Assembly (NCBI RefSeq): GCF_001447785.1 | Contig: NW_015172592.1 | Location: 445,542-509,541 of the forward strand | Direction: 5' to 3' | DNA length: 64,000 nucleotides | Origin: Gekko japonicus | Taxonomy: Eukaryota | Shown here: one piece after another, positions 12,880 to 24,216 of the stretch | Position numbering within the stretch: the stretch's first letter is position 1 | Layout: each line of letters opens with the position of its first letter | Notes under the pieces: generated by a model | Databases searched by the model: none | The model's input: only the letters and a program-made list of their open reading frames with translations | Told to the model about the DNA's origin: nothing | Translations under genes and position numbers: made by a program

Positions 12880-13960
12880 CTCATAGGCTTTGATAAACGT
12901 CCTATAAGATACTCTTGCAGCTTTGTCACAAGTACGCTGCCACACTTTCTCTAGCCATCTTAACTCCCTTTTCATCCTCCGTAGTTCCTAGTATATCAGA
13001 AAGCTAGGTTGGAACAGGAGTGGGCATTGGGGAGAGATTTTTTCGATGGCTTCAGGGAGTTGGCAATGCCAATCCTCTACTAGCTCATCTAATGAGTTGC
13101 TAGGGGGAATCGGATCCTGCAGAGCATTCTGAAACCAATTGGATCCATCTGGCTTCGTGAGCAAACATGAATTAGCTTGCCGCCTAACCAGGAGAAAGGG
13201 GGATGGGACACTCAGTTGGGGCTTCAGGACAAAGTGGTCTGACCGCCTTCAATATCATCCAGATCCACATTTATCCCCATCCCAAAAACCAAGTCCAGCG
13301 TGTGGCCCGCTCAGTGTGTGGGAGCTGATACAAACTGAGAAAGTCCCAGTGTTGCCATGGATGACATTAGGTCTGCAGCCTGTGATGAGGCGGCATCATC
13401 AGTATGGACGTTGAAGTCCCCCAGATCTAAGAGTCTGGGGAACTCCAAGGCCCAGCCTGATACTGCCTCCAGCAGACTTGGCAGGGTATTTGCTGGAGTG
13501 TTAGGTGTTCAGTACACCAGCCAGATAGGCAAACTCTCTTCAGCCTCCCAGGCCAGGCCCACACAATCAATGCCAGAGATTTTTGGTGCAGGGAGTGTCC
13601 TGAAGGAGAAAGACTCTCAAGTGAGTATTGCCACCCCTCCCCTCGCCCATTTGTCTTGGTCACGCATGCCAGGTCCACCTTCTGAGCTGCAATATAATCT
13701 TGCAGGGTCATGGTCTTATTATTAATGGACCTGGCATTGCACAACATCAATGCCGGAGAAGGGTAAAACTTCCTAGCCCCACAAACCAGCATGTCTCAGG
13801 ATGGGGCAAAGACTGGAAGGGGACCAAGCATAGCCATATGTCTGCCTCTTTCCATTATAAAATCTTGCCCCACTGCCATAACTCCCATTTCCCCAATTAC
13901 TGGAATCCCCAACTCCATGTAGAGCCCTCCTACCAGATCTTATCAATACCACTTATATAG
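12880..13960 (-). mobile_element. L2-clade LINE, APE endonuclease region (upstream part of the same L2)
   Basis: ORF 13427-13792 has LMLCNARSINNK...VDLACVTKT, the APE N-terminal motifs (NARS, ETW-like); collinear with the RT part. Confidence 0.8.
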
Positions 13961-13977
13961 ATGCAGCACTAAATATA

Positions 13978-15652
13978 TTTTTAAATTTTAATTATATTTT
14001 ATTGACTATATATTTCATATTTCATAAAAGTATTTCATACCCTTATATATTTCATTATTACAACAAAAAATGAGGTTACATTTCATCTGTATAACCAAAC
14101 AAGTAAACTTAATCCAAATCCCGATTGTATCCTCTTCTTTTTCTTATTCTCTTATCCTACTCGCCTAGTTCCATGAATCTATCTATTCCCCCTTTAAAGC
14201 TGTTTATTCCTGTGGTCATCACGACATCCTTCTCGCAGCGGATTCCATATTTTAATCACTCTCTGTGTAAAGAAGTATTTCCTTCTGTCTGTCCTGAACC
14301 TCCTGCCCATCAGCTTCACTGTCCCACCAAAATCCTCAGCTCTCAGCTGAAAGCAAGTAAAAAACCACTCACCTCCTGCTCAGAGCTCAGCTGGGTCTTG
14401 GGGGGGGAGGACTTGGGGGGGAGCACACCCTCCACCTACTTACCATGCCCTCTAGCTATAACAATTCAACTTCTATATTGTTTATCACTTTGTGTACTAT
14501 TACTGAATAGTTGCCACTTAATATATAGTTCTAAATTCCCTTCTTATACTCATTTAATTGCTCTCAACATGATCTATTACACTGTTTGCCTAAACAAACT
14601 ATCTCCTTTCAAACGCCTCCATCTGTTTGTTTAATCACTGCTTCCAATAGCTTCTTCCCAGTATTCTCATTGTGTGCTGTGAAAGTTTTGTCATATACGT
14701 TGACCACTACGTGGCCTAGTGCAAGCCATCTGTATTGAATTCCATGTTCTCTCAGTGTCTTTGCTGTATCTCGAAGCTTCTTTCTCGCGAGAAGTATCTC
14801 AGCTGGGACATCAGCAAATAGAAAAACAATCATGTCTTCAAGGCACAGACCCTCTTTTTCTCTCGCAATTTTAAAAAGTTTATTTTTGATCTGTACTTCT
14901 GTGAATTCAATCAGGATATCTGGTGTGGCATCTTCAGAAGCTCTTTTCGACACGTTTAAACAGGTGATCATTCTTTCGGAAGTCTCTGATTCCCCTGCTG
15001 AGTGAAGTATCTGCCACAGCCATTTATTTAAAGATGCAGCGAAATCTTCTGTTTTGGAAAAGTTTAATGAGACCCCAGGAAAAGTTTAATGAGATCCCAT
15101 GGAGTTTGGCCTTCCTTTCTCTTGATTTTATTTTTGGCCCAAGCCTCAAAATCCTTTACCTCCTTCATTTCGTCTGCTGTTTCCTTCGCACTCTGGTATG
15201 CTTCAGCTTTCTTCTCCATTGTCCTCATTGTTGTGGTGAGTTCATCGAGTTTCTTATTTATCAGCTCTATTGTTTGTTTAGAGCTGGCCAATTTCTTTTT
15301 TCAATTGTCTGACATCCCTGCTCACAATCTTTATTTCATTTTTAAGTTCATCTTTTATCTCTGTCAAAGCATGCAGAATCATGGTCTAGTAACTTGGGTC
15401 AGAATTGCTTCCTCCCATCGCCATGTCCTCTGGCAGAAATGTCTCTTGGTCTTCCGAGTCTGTATTACTCTTCCTAGGGGATCTGTAGGGGGGGTTGCCC
15501 CCTTCTTCCCCATGGTCCTTCCCATACCCAGCATTAAAGTTTGTTTCTAAATTAGTTTTATTTTTTGAGAGCAATTTTGATATTCCTCAGTGGGATTAGC
15601 AGGAGTGTGAGAGGGATGCAGTCAGCCAGAAGCTCAGCCGCCATGCCCCTTT
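13978..15652 (-). mobile_element. ORF1-only L1-derived retroposon (HAL1-like), decayed
   Basis: 5' end AAAGGGGCATGGCGG; frameshifted coiled-coil, RRM and CTD pieces of L1 ORF1p (PDILIEF...FLFADVPAEILLARKKL...LREHGIQYRW); 3' UTR, AATAAA and A-rich tail; TSD CACTAAATATA (13967-13977) / CACTACATATA (15653-15663); no ORF2. Confidence 0.75.
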
Positions 15653-16995
15653 CACTACATATAATAATTCACAATATCCTATCTAAATTATATCAACCCC
15701 AACATAACCTAAGTCCTTATAGCAATATCTAGCCCTCCCTCAGTTAATTAAACCCTCCCTACACAGACAAACCCACAGTAAATAATCCTAACTAACCCTC
15801 TAATTGATTTAATCAATTGACTAAGTAATGGTCAAGGGCCCTCTAATCAATCCAATTAATCAATTAATAATCACTAATAACAATTAATAGTCCCTCTAAA
15901 TTACTGGCAAATCTAAGAGTGGGGATCTATTAACAAGTTAAATTAAATTAAGTTCCCTGATCAACGGGAGGCAAAACAGTTCACAGACTCTTATGATTCT
16001 CTAGTTCCTTCAACTGTCCTTGGAACATACTAACAGTCCCATGGCACCGGGGGTTAAAGTTTGCAAATTAAGAGTCTATTTGTCATAAGATGGTGCAATG
16101 AACTTCCTTTAGCATAGTCTCACTCAGCTCAGTCCTGGAACTCAAGATATTCAGTCTGGTCATGGGTTTCTTGTCCTCAGAACTTAGAAGAGGTAGATGG
16201 AATGACAAAGGGTCAGAGTGGCCCATACAGAATGGCCCATACAGTCTCCAACCTCGCGTTCGCCTCAGTAGAACCAGCCACCGGGCCCACATCAACCAAT
16301 AGGCTTTGATAATCTCCAAAAGCACTGTGAAAGTGCCTGAGGCCAGCTGGAGACACACAATGCCACCCAAAGCCAGTCAAGACCCTGAAAGCCAACTGGG
16401 ACAGCAACAGGGTGGGAGGGGCTGGCTAGGTCAGGAACAGGCAAGTCCGCCAAACTGAGCAGTTGCCCCACTACAGAGGACAGCAGACCAGTGGGTACGC
16501 GGAGGATCATAGGCCGTGCTTCAGAAGTTGTCTCCAAGCCCCCTCCCCCCCACAACTAATTTAGTACTGAAGGGATGCCAGGAGAAAGGAATGAGTGCAC
16601 TTGACCAGGACCTATAGAGCCAGGATTTGAACGACTAGAAAATCCTGCTTAAGAATATATTGATGAAAACTTGTTTCATTTCAGTATATCTATGGATGTC
16701 CAATCTCATGAGATCTACTGGACTCAAAAAAGAAGCTGAGTTAGATCACAATGTTAGCAGCAATTATAACACAACAGCAATTGGCTTAGGCTCTCCTCTA
16801 GAGCAGGGATTCTAGGCCTTTAAGCTAGGAATGGCCTCAGAGTTTATTTATTCACTTTATTTGTCCCCTGCCCTCCACTGTATACCTCCTATTTTCCATA
16901 TATCAAATAAAATATTTCATTAACTTCTGCTTTTGAATGGGGATCCTCCCTTCTACTAGATACCCATGTATCCAGCCTTTGGGTCTATAGATCAT

Positions 16996-17213
16996 GGTGG
17001 TGGAAAGTGCTATTAAGTCACAGCTGACTTATGGCGACCCCATGGGGTTTTCAAGGCAAGAGATGTTCAGAGGTGGTTTGGCATTGCCTGCCTCCACATC
17101 ATGACCCTGGTATTCCTTGGAGGTCTCCCATCCAAATATTAGCCCAGGACTGAACAACTTAGCTTCCAAGACCTGATAAAATTGGGTTAGCCTGAGCTAT
17201 CCAGGTCAGGGCT
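16996..17213 (-). mobile_element. 5S rRNA-headed SINE with an RTE/BovB-type tail
   Basis: GGTCTCCCATCCAAATATTAGCCCAGG...TTAGCTTCC is the reverse complement of 5S internal promoter sequence; tail GACTTATGGCGACCC resembles RTE 3' ends. Confidence 0.75.
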
Positions 17214-18166
17214 CGAGCATGCAGTGCTGTATTTCTCAGATGAAGCAGTCATTTTTCCCCACTGAAGAGCAGATTTTTTTAAAAAATTCTGTAGCCTTTC
17301 ACCTCCTCCTAAAGTGCTTTTCTTTTCCTTCTCAAAGTGTTAAACAGTGTTTTCTCTTGCAAAATATTTGTAAAGGGCTTTTCTCTCCCTCCCCACAAAT
17401 GTCTTCCTCTTCCCATAAAAAAGTAAGGAGTTGCTCTTCAAGTTCTCCTTCCTTCTGCTCCCCTGATGGGTTTTATCTCAAAAAGAATGCAAGAAGAGCC
17501 AAATTGATCAGACCAAAGACCCACATAGTACAACATTCTGTTCACACGGTAACAGACTGGCTGCCTCCGGGAAGCCCACAAGTAGGATGGCTGCAACAGC
17601 ACCCTTCTGCCCCTGCTCTCCACCAGCTGATATGAAGAGGTATACCACCAAACAAGGCAATACAGAAAATGGGTGCTTGCGTTGTCATGTAGCTACTACT
17701 GAGTATACATTCTATATGATTACACATATAGCTCATGTGTCAAGATTGTATTCCAGGATATTAGCAAAGAGTAAATGTTTTCTTGATTTCTTCAAATAGA
17801 AATTAACGTCTTTAGAGTACAGAGAAGAAAACTATGCTATCACTATGCTATAGCAAATTGAAGTGCTCTAATACTCAATTTATAAGAATATCAGCTAAAC
17901 ATTATTAAATAGTGTCTATAAAAATGTCTGGGGAAAAGATCACCTCTGACCAAATGTGAACCTAGTAGCAACAAATTTAGTCAACGTTGACGGCAACAGA
18001 ATTGTATTACCTCAAATCTCATTTTGACCATTAAATTCTGTAGTTGCTTTCACTGGCAAGGACCCAAAGAGCTACTTTAGAAGCGCCGATGAGTTCGGGT
18101 ATGTCCAGAAGCACCCTGGAATCATCTGTTTTTTTAAAAAAAATGCATTTCATGCTATATAACAAA

Positions 18167-18882
18167 CTAGGGAAAAGGCCCATTGCACGAAGAGGCAATG
18201 GGCTCTAGTGAGAGTCCTCGTAAGGGCCTGCCGCCTCCCTGGCCCCTGTGGCGCCAGGCGAGGGAAGTGCAATGCGGCCGCCTGCCCTCGTCCCCAAGCA
18301 CAGCCTGGTCAAGATGCAGCCCCCCCCCAGCAGGGCCCGCCTCCTCTGTCGGCCAGGTGGCAGCAGGTGAGGGAAGTGCGGTGCGGCTGCCGCCCCCTGT
18401 CCCTGAGGCCAGCTGGGGCATGCTGCCAGACCAGCAAGAGCAGCAGAGGGAAGGCTGGCAGAGGCCGAACGCCGTCCCCAAAGAAGTGCCCACAGCGTCC
18501 CCAGGCCAGGCTGTGGTGGCCCCGGGAAGCCCGGTGCAGCCTTCCCTCCCCTCAGATGGGTTGGGGTGGCTGGAGGTGTCTGTGCGGCCGGACGCGGCAG
18601 CAGGTGAGCGGGGGCCTGAGTAGGCTTGGGGGGAAGGTGAGCAAGCGAAGGGCCAGCTGTCCAATTCACCCGGCTTCGTCCATCTCCCTACCAGCTGCTC
18701 ACTGCCCATTCCAGCCACGCGTGGGCCAAGATGGCTAGGCTTGTTCCTCTCCCCCCCCCCCAGCCAATGGTACACCAGGAGTCCTGAGCAGCAGCTGGTG
18801 GCCCAATGGCTGAGGGAGCGCATTTCTTCTCACCACCCCTTAGACGGAGGCCACCCCAAAACACAATTATTATAAGGAGAGA
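18167..18882 (-). mobile_element. Non-autonomous Helitron, GC-rich interior
   Basis: Minus strand starts TCTCTCCTTATAATAA and ends with the hairpin GCCCATTGC...GCAATGGGC followed by CTTTTCCCTAG|T. Confidence 0.75.
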
Positions 18883-20324
18883 CTAGTTTAGAAAGTTTTA
18901 GTTTCAAAATAGAGTTCTCATATGACATGGAGAAGGCTGCTATTTGAGAATCTCAAGTTCAAGAAGATTTTGGGCATGCAAAACTACTGATGCAGTTCTT
19001 GAGCTCCAAGCCATTAAGCTTAAATCAAATGCCTGAACACACAAAAGACTTAGATGGATTTCTATGATAACTAATGCATCTTTTGTAGCAGTGGAGAACC
19101 TATCCAGATATTGTTTGCAGTGAATATCGCACTCTTTTATGCTTGTTTCAAGCCTGGCTGATTTTTTGTTTTGTTTTTTGGTCTTGGTTGATGGAGCTGA
19201 ATTAGCATATGACAGCTGTCATGTCAGGTCCATCAGGTATTTAGCAATCTCCAGAATCTGCCTGGAAAAAGAAGCTACATGGCTACATCCTAGGTTTGTG
19301 TCAACATTTTATTTCTTCATTGTGGCTCAAAATTGGGGTGGGGAAAGACATAGGACATGTATCTCCTTAAGTGTGGACACTAGCACATCTTCCTATTGAT
19401 CTGGCTACCACCAATAAGCAATGGCACTGAGGTTCAGCACAAGGTTTAGATGTAGAGTGTGGGAATGAGCATCAACACAGAAATACTGAAGTGACATACA
19501 TCCCTCACTGTCCAGCAGCAAAAACCAAAAATATGTGGCATTTGATTAGCTGTCACAGGTGTTGCACTCTCTAAACTTGGCAGCGCATGGACACTGCTCT
19601 GCTACTGATGTTGTGCTTGTGCATTCTTTTAATTCACGTCACTATCTGAGAGATGACCTGGTAACTTTAAAGCAGGCATACACAACTTGCAAGTCAGCAA
19701 GCCAAAGACAGCCAATGAGTCACATGAGGCAGCCTAGAAGAAATTAAATCTCCTATTTTCACCACATGCACAGGATTGTAAAACCACTTGGTGGGCATGC
19801 TTTGTTCAGCATGGGGGGACCCAGTTGTACAGGGCTGCTCTAGAGCTACTTCTGAAGTCTCATTCCTCATGTGTTTTAACTTCTCCATTACATTTACTGT
19901 TTTCAGCCTACTTCATAAATGTTCCATGAGGTAGGTTACATATAGCTAATAATCCCTGCAAGGCAACACACAACCACTTGGCTTTAAGAGTTTTTGCCTT
20001 TTTTGGTTGTTGTTACTGTTAATAAGAAGCCTGATGTAGCATGCTTGTATTTTACAAGCTGTTTACATACTAAATGAACTATGTAAGAGAAAGCTGGATA
20101 TAAAACCCATCAAGTACTTATTCAGCACAGCAGGTACCCAATGTGTGTCTGATCCAGCTGTCTCAGTGATTCATTGAAAGCCACCCCATTTGTCAGTTAA
20201 AATACAGAAGTTCCACAATGCACTCAGAATTAATGTTCAACTTAGTGAAGAACACCTCAAAATGTGTATGTTTCTCCTACTACATTATTTTACTGGCAGT
20301 AAAAGATTACTGTAAATAATGGTG

Positions 20325-20682
20325 GCTACATTCACATTATCACTCTACGCCAACATTAAATTGGGAAGTGTATGAACCAGGCTTATTGTCATGCCTGTGT
20401 ACATGCCTCACTTTCCTCTTCCTTTCTCGTATGAAAAATTCCAGTTAGAGATTAGCTCTGCATACCTATGACACACAGATGTAGATGGATTAATGTGGAG
20501 TTAGTTATCCAACACAATCCAGGAATCTATTTCGCTTAACTGCATTCTCCAGTTACACATAATGGAAGCTAATTTCTAACCCTGAATCTTCCACATGAGG
20601 ATGGTGGAGAGAGGCATGTGTGGCAACAAGCCAAGCTTGTGCACATTCCGGCTTAGTCAACCCAGTGATGACTGAATGTACA
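20325..20682. mobile_element. Old degenerate palindromic (fold-back) MITE
   Basis: Ends TACATTCACATTATCACT / AGTGATGACTGAATGTA; inner arms TTCCAGTTAGAGATTAGCT / AGCTAATTTCTAACCCTGAA are also roughly complementary. Confidence 0.5.
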
Positions 20683-21084
20683 TCAAATGTACATCAAAAG
20701 CTACCAGAAGGAATGTGGTCTGGCATAAAGCATAAGGATATTTCACAGTATCTAGATATCTGTTTCCCAAGTGTGCCCTCATCTGTGGATATCTAAATCC
20801 ATGGATCAGCACCACACTTGCAATAAACAGGTTTTTCTGCAAACTTGGGTGACCACCTAAATTTGCATAAAAATCTGAAAAGTTAATAAAATTGCACAAG
20901 GGGGTTAACCCCCCCCCCAGTACTTTACTACTTACATTCTGTGGCACTGGCAAAGCATCCAGGCAGCTATAGCAGGCCAGGGGCTATGCTGGGCCCAGCA
21001 ACAGCTGCAGGAGAGGCCGGGGGCCTTGCCAGCGAGACAGTAGGGGAAGGAGATGGGACTTACCCCCACCTGAGTCCCATGGGC

Positions 21085-21585
21085 CTGGCAGCAGAGGCCT
21101 GGAGCCACACTGGGCTCTCCAAGATCGATGGTCGGAGGTGGGTGGTAGAAGCATGGCATCCCTGCAGCAGAAGCCTTGAGGGTGAAAGGGCTTCAGGAGC
21201 CTCCACAGGCCCAGCAGTAGAGGCCTTGGGCCATGCTGAGCTCTCCAAGATCGATGTCGGCGATGAGAGGTAGGAGCACGGCATCCCGGCAGCAGAAGCC
21301 TTGAAGGCAGAGGCACTTCAAGAGCCACCTTGGCCCAACAGCAGAGGCCTGGAGCCACACTGGGCTCTCCAAGATCGATGGCTGGGGCAAAAGGTAGAAG
21401 CATGGCATCCCGGCAGCAGAAGCCTTGAAGGTGGTGGGACTTCAGGAGTCATTGCGGGTCTGGCAGCAGAAGACTGGAGCCACGCTGGGCTCTCCAAGAT
21501 CAGTGGCAGGAGGTGGGAGGCAGGAGTGTGGTGTCCCAGCAGCAGAGGCCTGGAGCCACACTGGGCTCTCCAGGATTGATGGTAG
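21085..21585. repeat. GC-rich minisatellite, ~125-bp unit, about 4-5 copies
   Basis: CTCTCCAAGATC recurs at 21115, 21241, 21365 and 21490, with a shortened unit at 21566; units share GCAGAGGCCTGGAGCCACAC and GGCATCCC.GCAGCAGAAGCCTTGA. Confidence 0.85.
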
Positions 21586-22076
21586 GGGATTGGGGGGAGT
21601 GCAGCAGCCCAGCAGCAGTGGTTATGATGGGGGGAGGAGCCATGCTACTTGCGGGGGGCATTCCCTCTCTTAGCTGGCACTGTCTGGAGGGGATTAAGAG
21701 GATCCACCTTCCTATAGTAGAGAGAGATACCCTGCCACCCATGGAAGGCCTCCTGAGAAAAGAGAATCAGATTTTCTTATGGCCTTGGTTCTATCTATGT
21801 AATAACTCAGGGCCCGCTTAATGTCCAGGCAATGGCACTTTCTTTCCTGCGAATGTTTAAGATTAGGAGTGAAGGATAGTAAAATGATTTCCTGAGACCT
21901 GTGGAAACCTGAATTCACATGGTCCATCCTTAACATCACTTTGTCACTGTGGAAGACACAAACATCCTTATGCATGGAAATAGCATGAAACTTAGAGATC
22001 CTTGGACTGGAGATAATGCCCACTAAGAATACCTTTTTGAAGGTAAGTTCCTTCAGGAGACACGAGGCCATGAGCT

Positions 22077-22378
22077 TAGAGTTACCAAGTACCTACCGCA
22101 AATCGGCAGGGGACACATGGTCCCCGGTCGGAACATTCCTCCCTGTAACACACCCACGCTGCACCATGCTGTCACCAGGAAGTGACGCCGGGCGACACTC
22201 TGGCAATGGGGCTGGAAACTTGATGGTACTATCGAGTTTCCAGCCCCATTGCCAGAGCGTTGCCCGGCGTCACTTCCTAGCGATGGCATGGTGCAGCGCG
22301 TCTGTTTTCCACGTGGGAATGGTCCTGAGAAGAAGTATGTGTCCCCCGCCGATTCTCGGTAAGTACTTGGTAAGCCTA
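22077..22378. mobile_element. Fold-back hAT MITE inserted in the DIRS recombinase region
   Basis: TIRs TAGAGTTACCAAGTAC / GTACTTGGTAAGCCTA; near-palindromic over its whole length; perfect 8-bp TSD CATGAGCT (22069-22076, 22379-22386). Confidence 0.92.
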
Positions 22379-24040
22379 CATGAGCTTGAAGGTGTTGAAA
22401 ATATGTGTGTTGCAAGGTCTAAAGTCAGTCATTATAGGGTTAATGTGCTTACCTTCTGTGCTGTTGTTTAGACTGACCTGGAAGGGAACCTGGCAGAAAG
22501 CCAATGGAAAGAAAGCCTGGGAAATTGAGGCCTATTTACTTACAATCTTTGGTTAATGCATTCAGGTGATTTCCTTCTAGGGGTCAAGAACAAAGGAAGA
22601 ATCTCCATTACTATCTGTGTGTCTATTGTTGCAAGCATGTAGTCTTTAAGTGTTTGTTGTTTTGTAGATTTTCCTGTGCACCCTTCCCTTTAGAAATAAA
22701 GATTTTTACACAGAAAGAAAATGCCTCCTCTCCATTGCAAACTCTGAATATTTAAGTATTTTTACCTAATTTTCCAACAGAAGGGACCCTTGGAAAGTGC
22801 CTGTAGGACTATGTTCAAGTTCCATATGGAAAACCTGTGGATTACTGGTGAATTCAGAAAAGACGCTTCTCTAAAAAACCTCTTATGAAGATGGAAGGAG
22901 AAACCTTGCCCCTTTTTTTCTCCCACTGAATAAAAACACCTCTGGGTTCAGCTTCCACTCTAACTGGTCTAGCTTTCTTCAACTTAACCAGTCAGCCACC
23001 ACATTTCTGTCCTGGCCACATGTACCACCTTTTCAGATTTCATTTCCACTTCCTATATTAGCACCCTCATCTTGTGTTGGCTCTCCTTGAACAGGAAGAC
23101 CATGTCCAGGGAAGTTTCCAGCACCATTTCTAAGTGAAAGATCTGGTGCACTGGAAGGAAGCAGCTCTTCTCCCCATTGGCCACAAAGCCATGAATATGA
23201 AGGTATGGGGAAAGGAGGGGGACCTGATGTGGATGTTGCCCAGTTAAAGGAAGTCTGAGATTCCCATGTATGCAGACATGTCACCAGGGAAACCAGGACT
23301 TTGGTGAATACTTGGGGTGCCAAATTCAGCCTGAAATGAGGGCCCAGTATTGGAAATAGAGGCCAAAGTAGCCAAAGTGCAAGAAGCGCCAATGACCGTG
23401 GAGGAACTGGATGTGGAGGTAAGCATCCAATAGTTCTACCAAAGTAAGGAAGTCTCCTTTGTAGATAGCTGCCATTATTGAATTGAAGGTCTTTGTCCGA
23501 AACTTTCTGTCTTTGATCCATTTGTTCAACCATTGCAGGTTGAGGACTGCCCTCACATCTCTGTGTTTCTTGAGAATCAATTAAAGAATGGAATAGAACC
23601 CAGATGTCCTCTTGGTACTGGCTCTATATAGCTCCTATACAGAGGAGATGGTTTATCACCTGGAGAATGAGATGGTGTTTGATTGAATGGTGATACCTGT
23701 AGACCTGAATGAGTTTGTCAGGAGGCAGAAATTTGAGTTCCATGGAGTAGCCCTTGCAGATTGTGCCCAGCACCCACTGGTCTTGGAGCATTCACAAATG
23801 TATGCAAAGCATAGCAGATAGCCCCTGATATTGTTGGTGATTGCTGACTGTTTGGCATCAGACTGAGGATTTCTTTCCTTCTTGTCCAGCACTGGAGGAA
23901 GACTTGCTAGGAGAGGTTGAAGGCTTGGAGTATTGTCATTTGCCTTTAGGCCAGTAAGGTCTAATGCCAGAATTCGGTTGGGAGTTCCAAAAGGACTGAA
24001 AACCTTTTCTTAGGCCTGCCCTCTCTCTTATGGTTCAGCA

Positions 24041-24216
24041 NNNNNNNNNNNNNNNNNNNNNNNNNNNNNNNNNNNNNNNNNNNNNNNNNNNNNNNNNNNN
24101 NNNNNNNNNNNNNNNNNNNNNNNNNNNNNNNNNNNNNNNNNNNNNNNNNNNNNNNNNNNNNNNNNNNNNNNNNNNNNNNNNNNNNNNNNNNNNNNNNNNN
24201 NNNNNNNNNNNNNNNN
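24041..24216. other. Assembly gap
   Basis: Run of 176 N. Confidence 1.

Noticed and set aside
18167-18823. Long GC-rich overlapping ORFs (up to 218 aa)
   Set aside because: Open in several frames on both strands because of high GC inside a Helitron derivative; low-complexity Pro/Ala/Gly translation.
21085-21585. Regularly spaced repeats resembling a CRISPR array
   Set aside because: Vertebrate intron, the spacers are homologous to each other, and there are no cas genes; it is a minisatellite.
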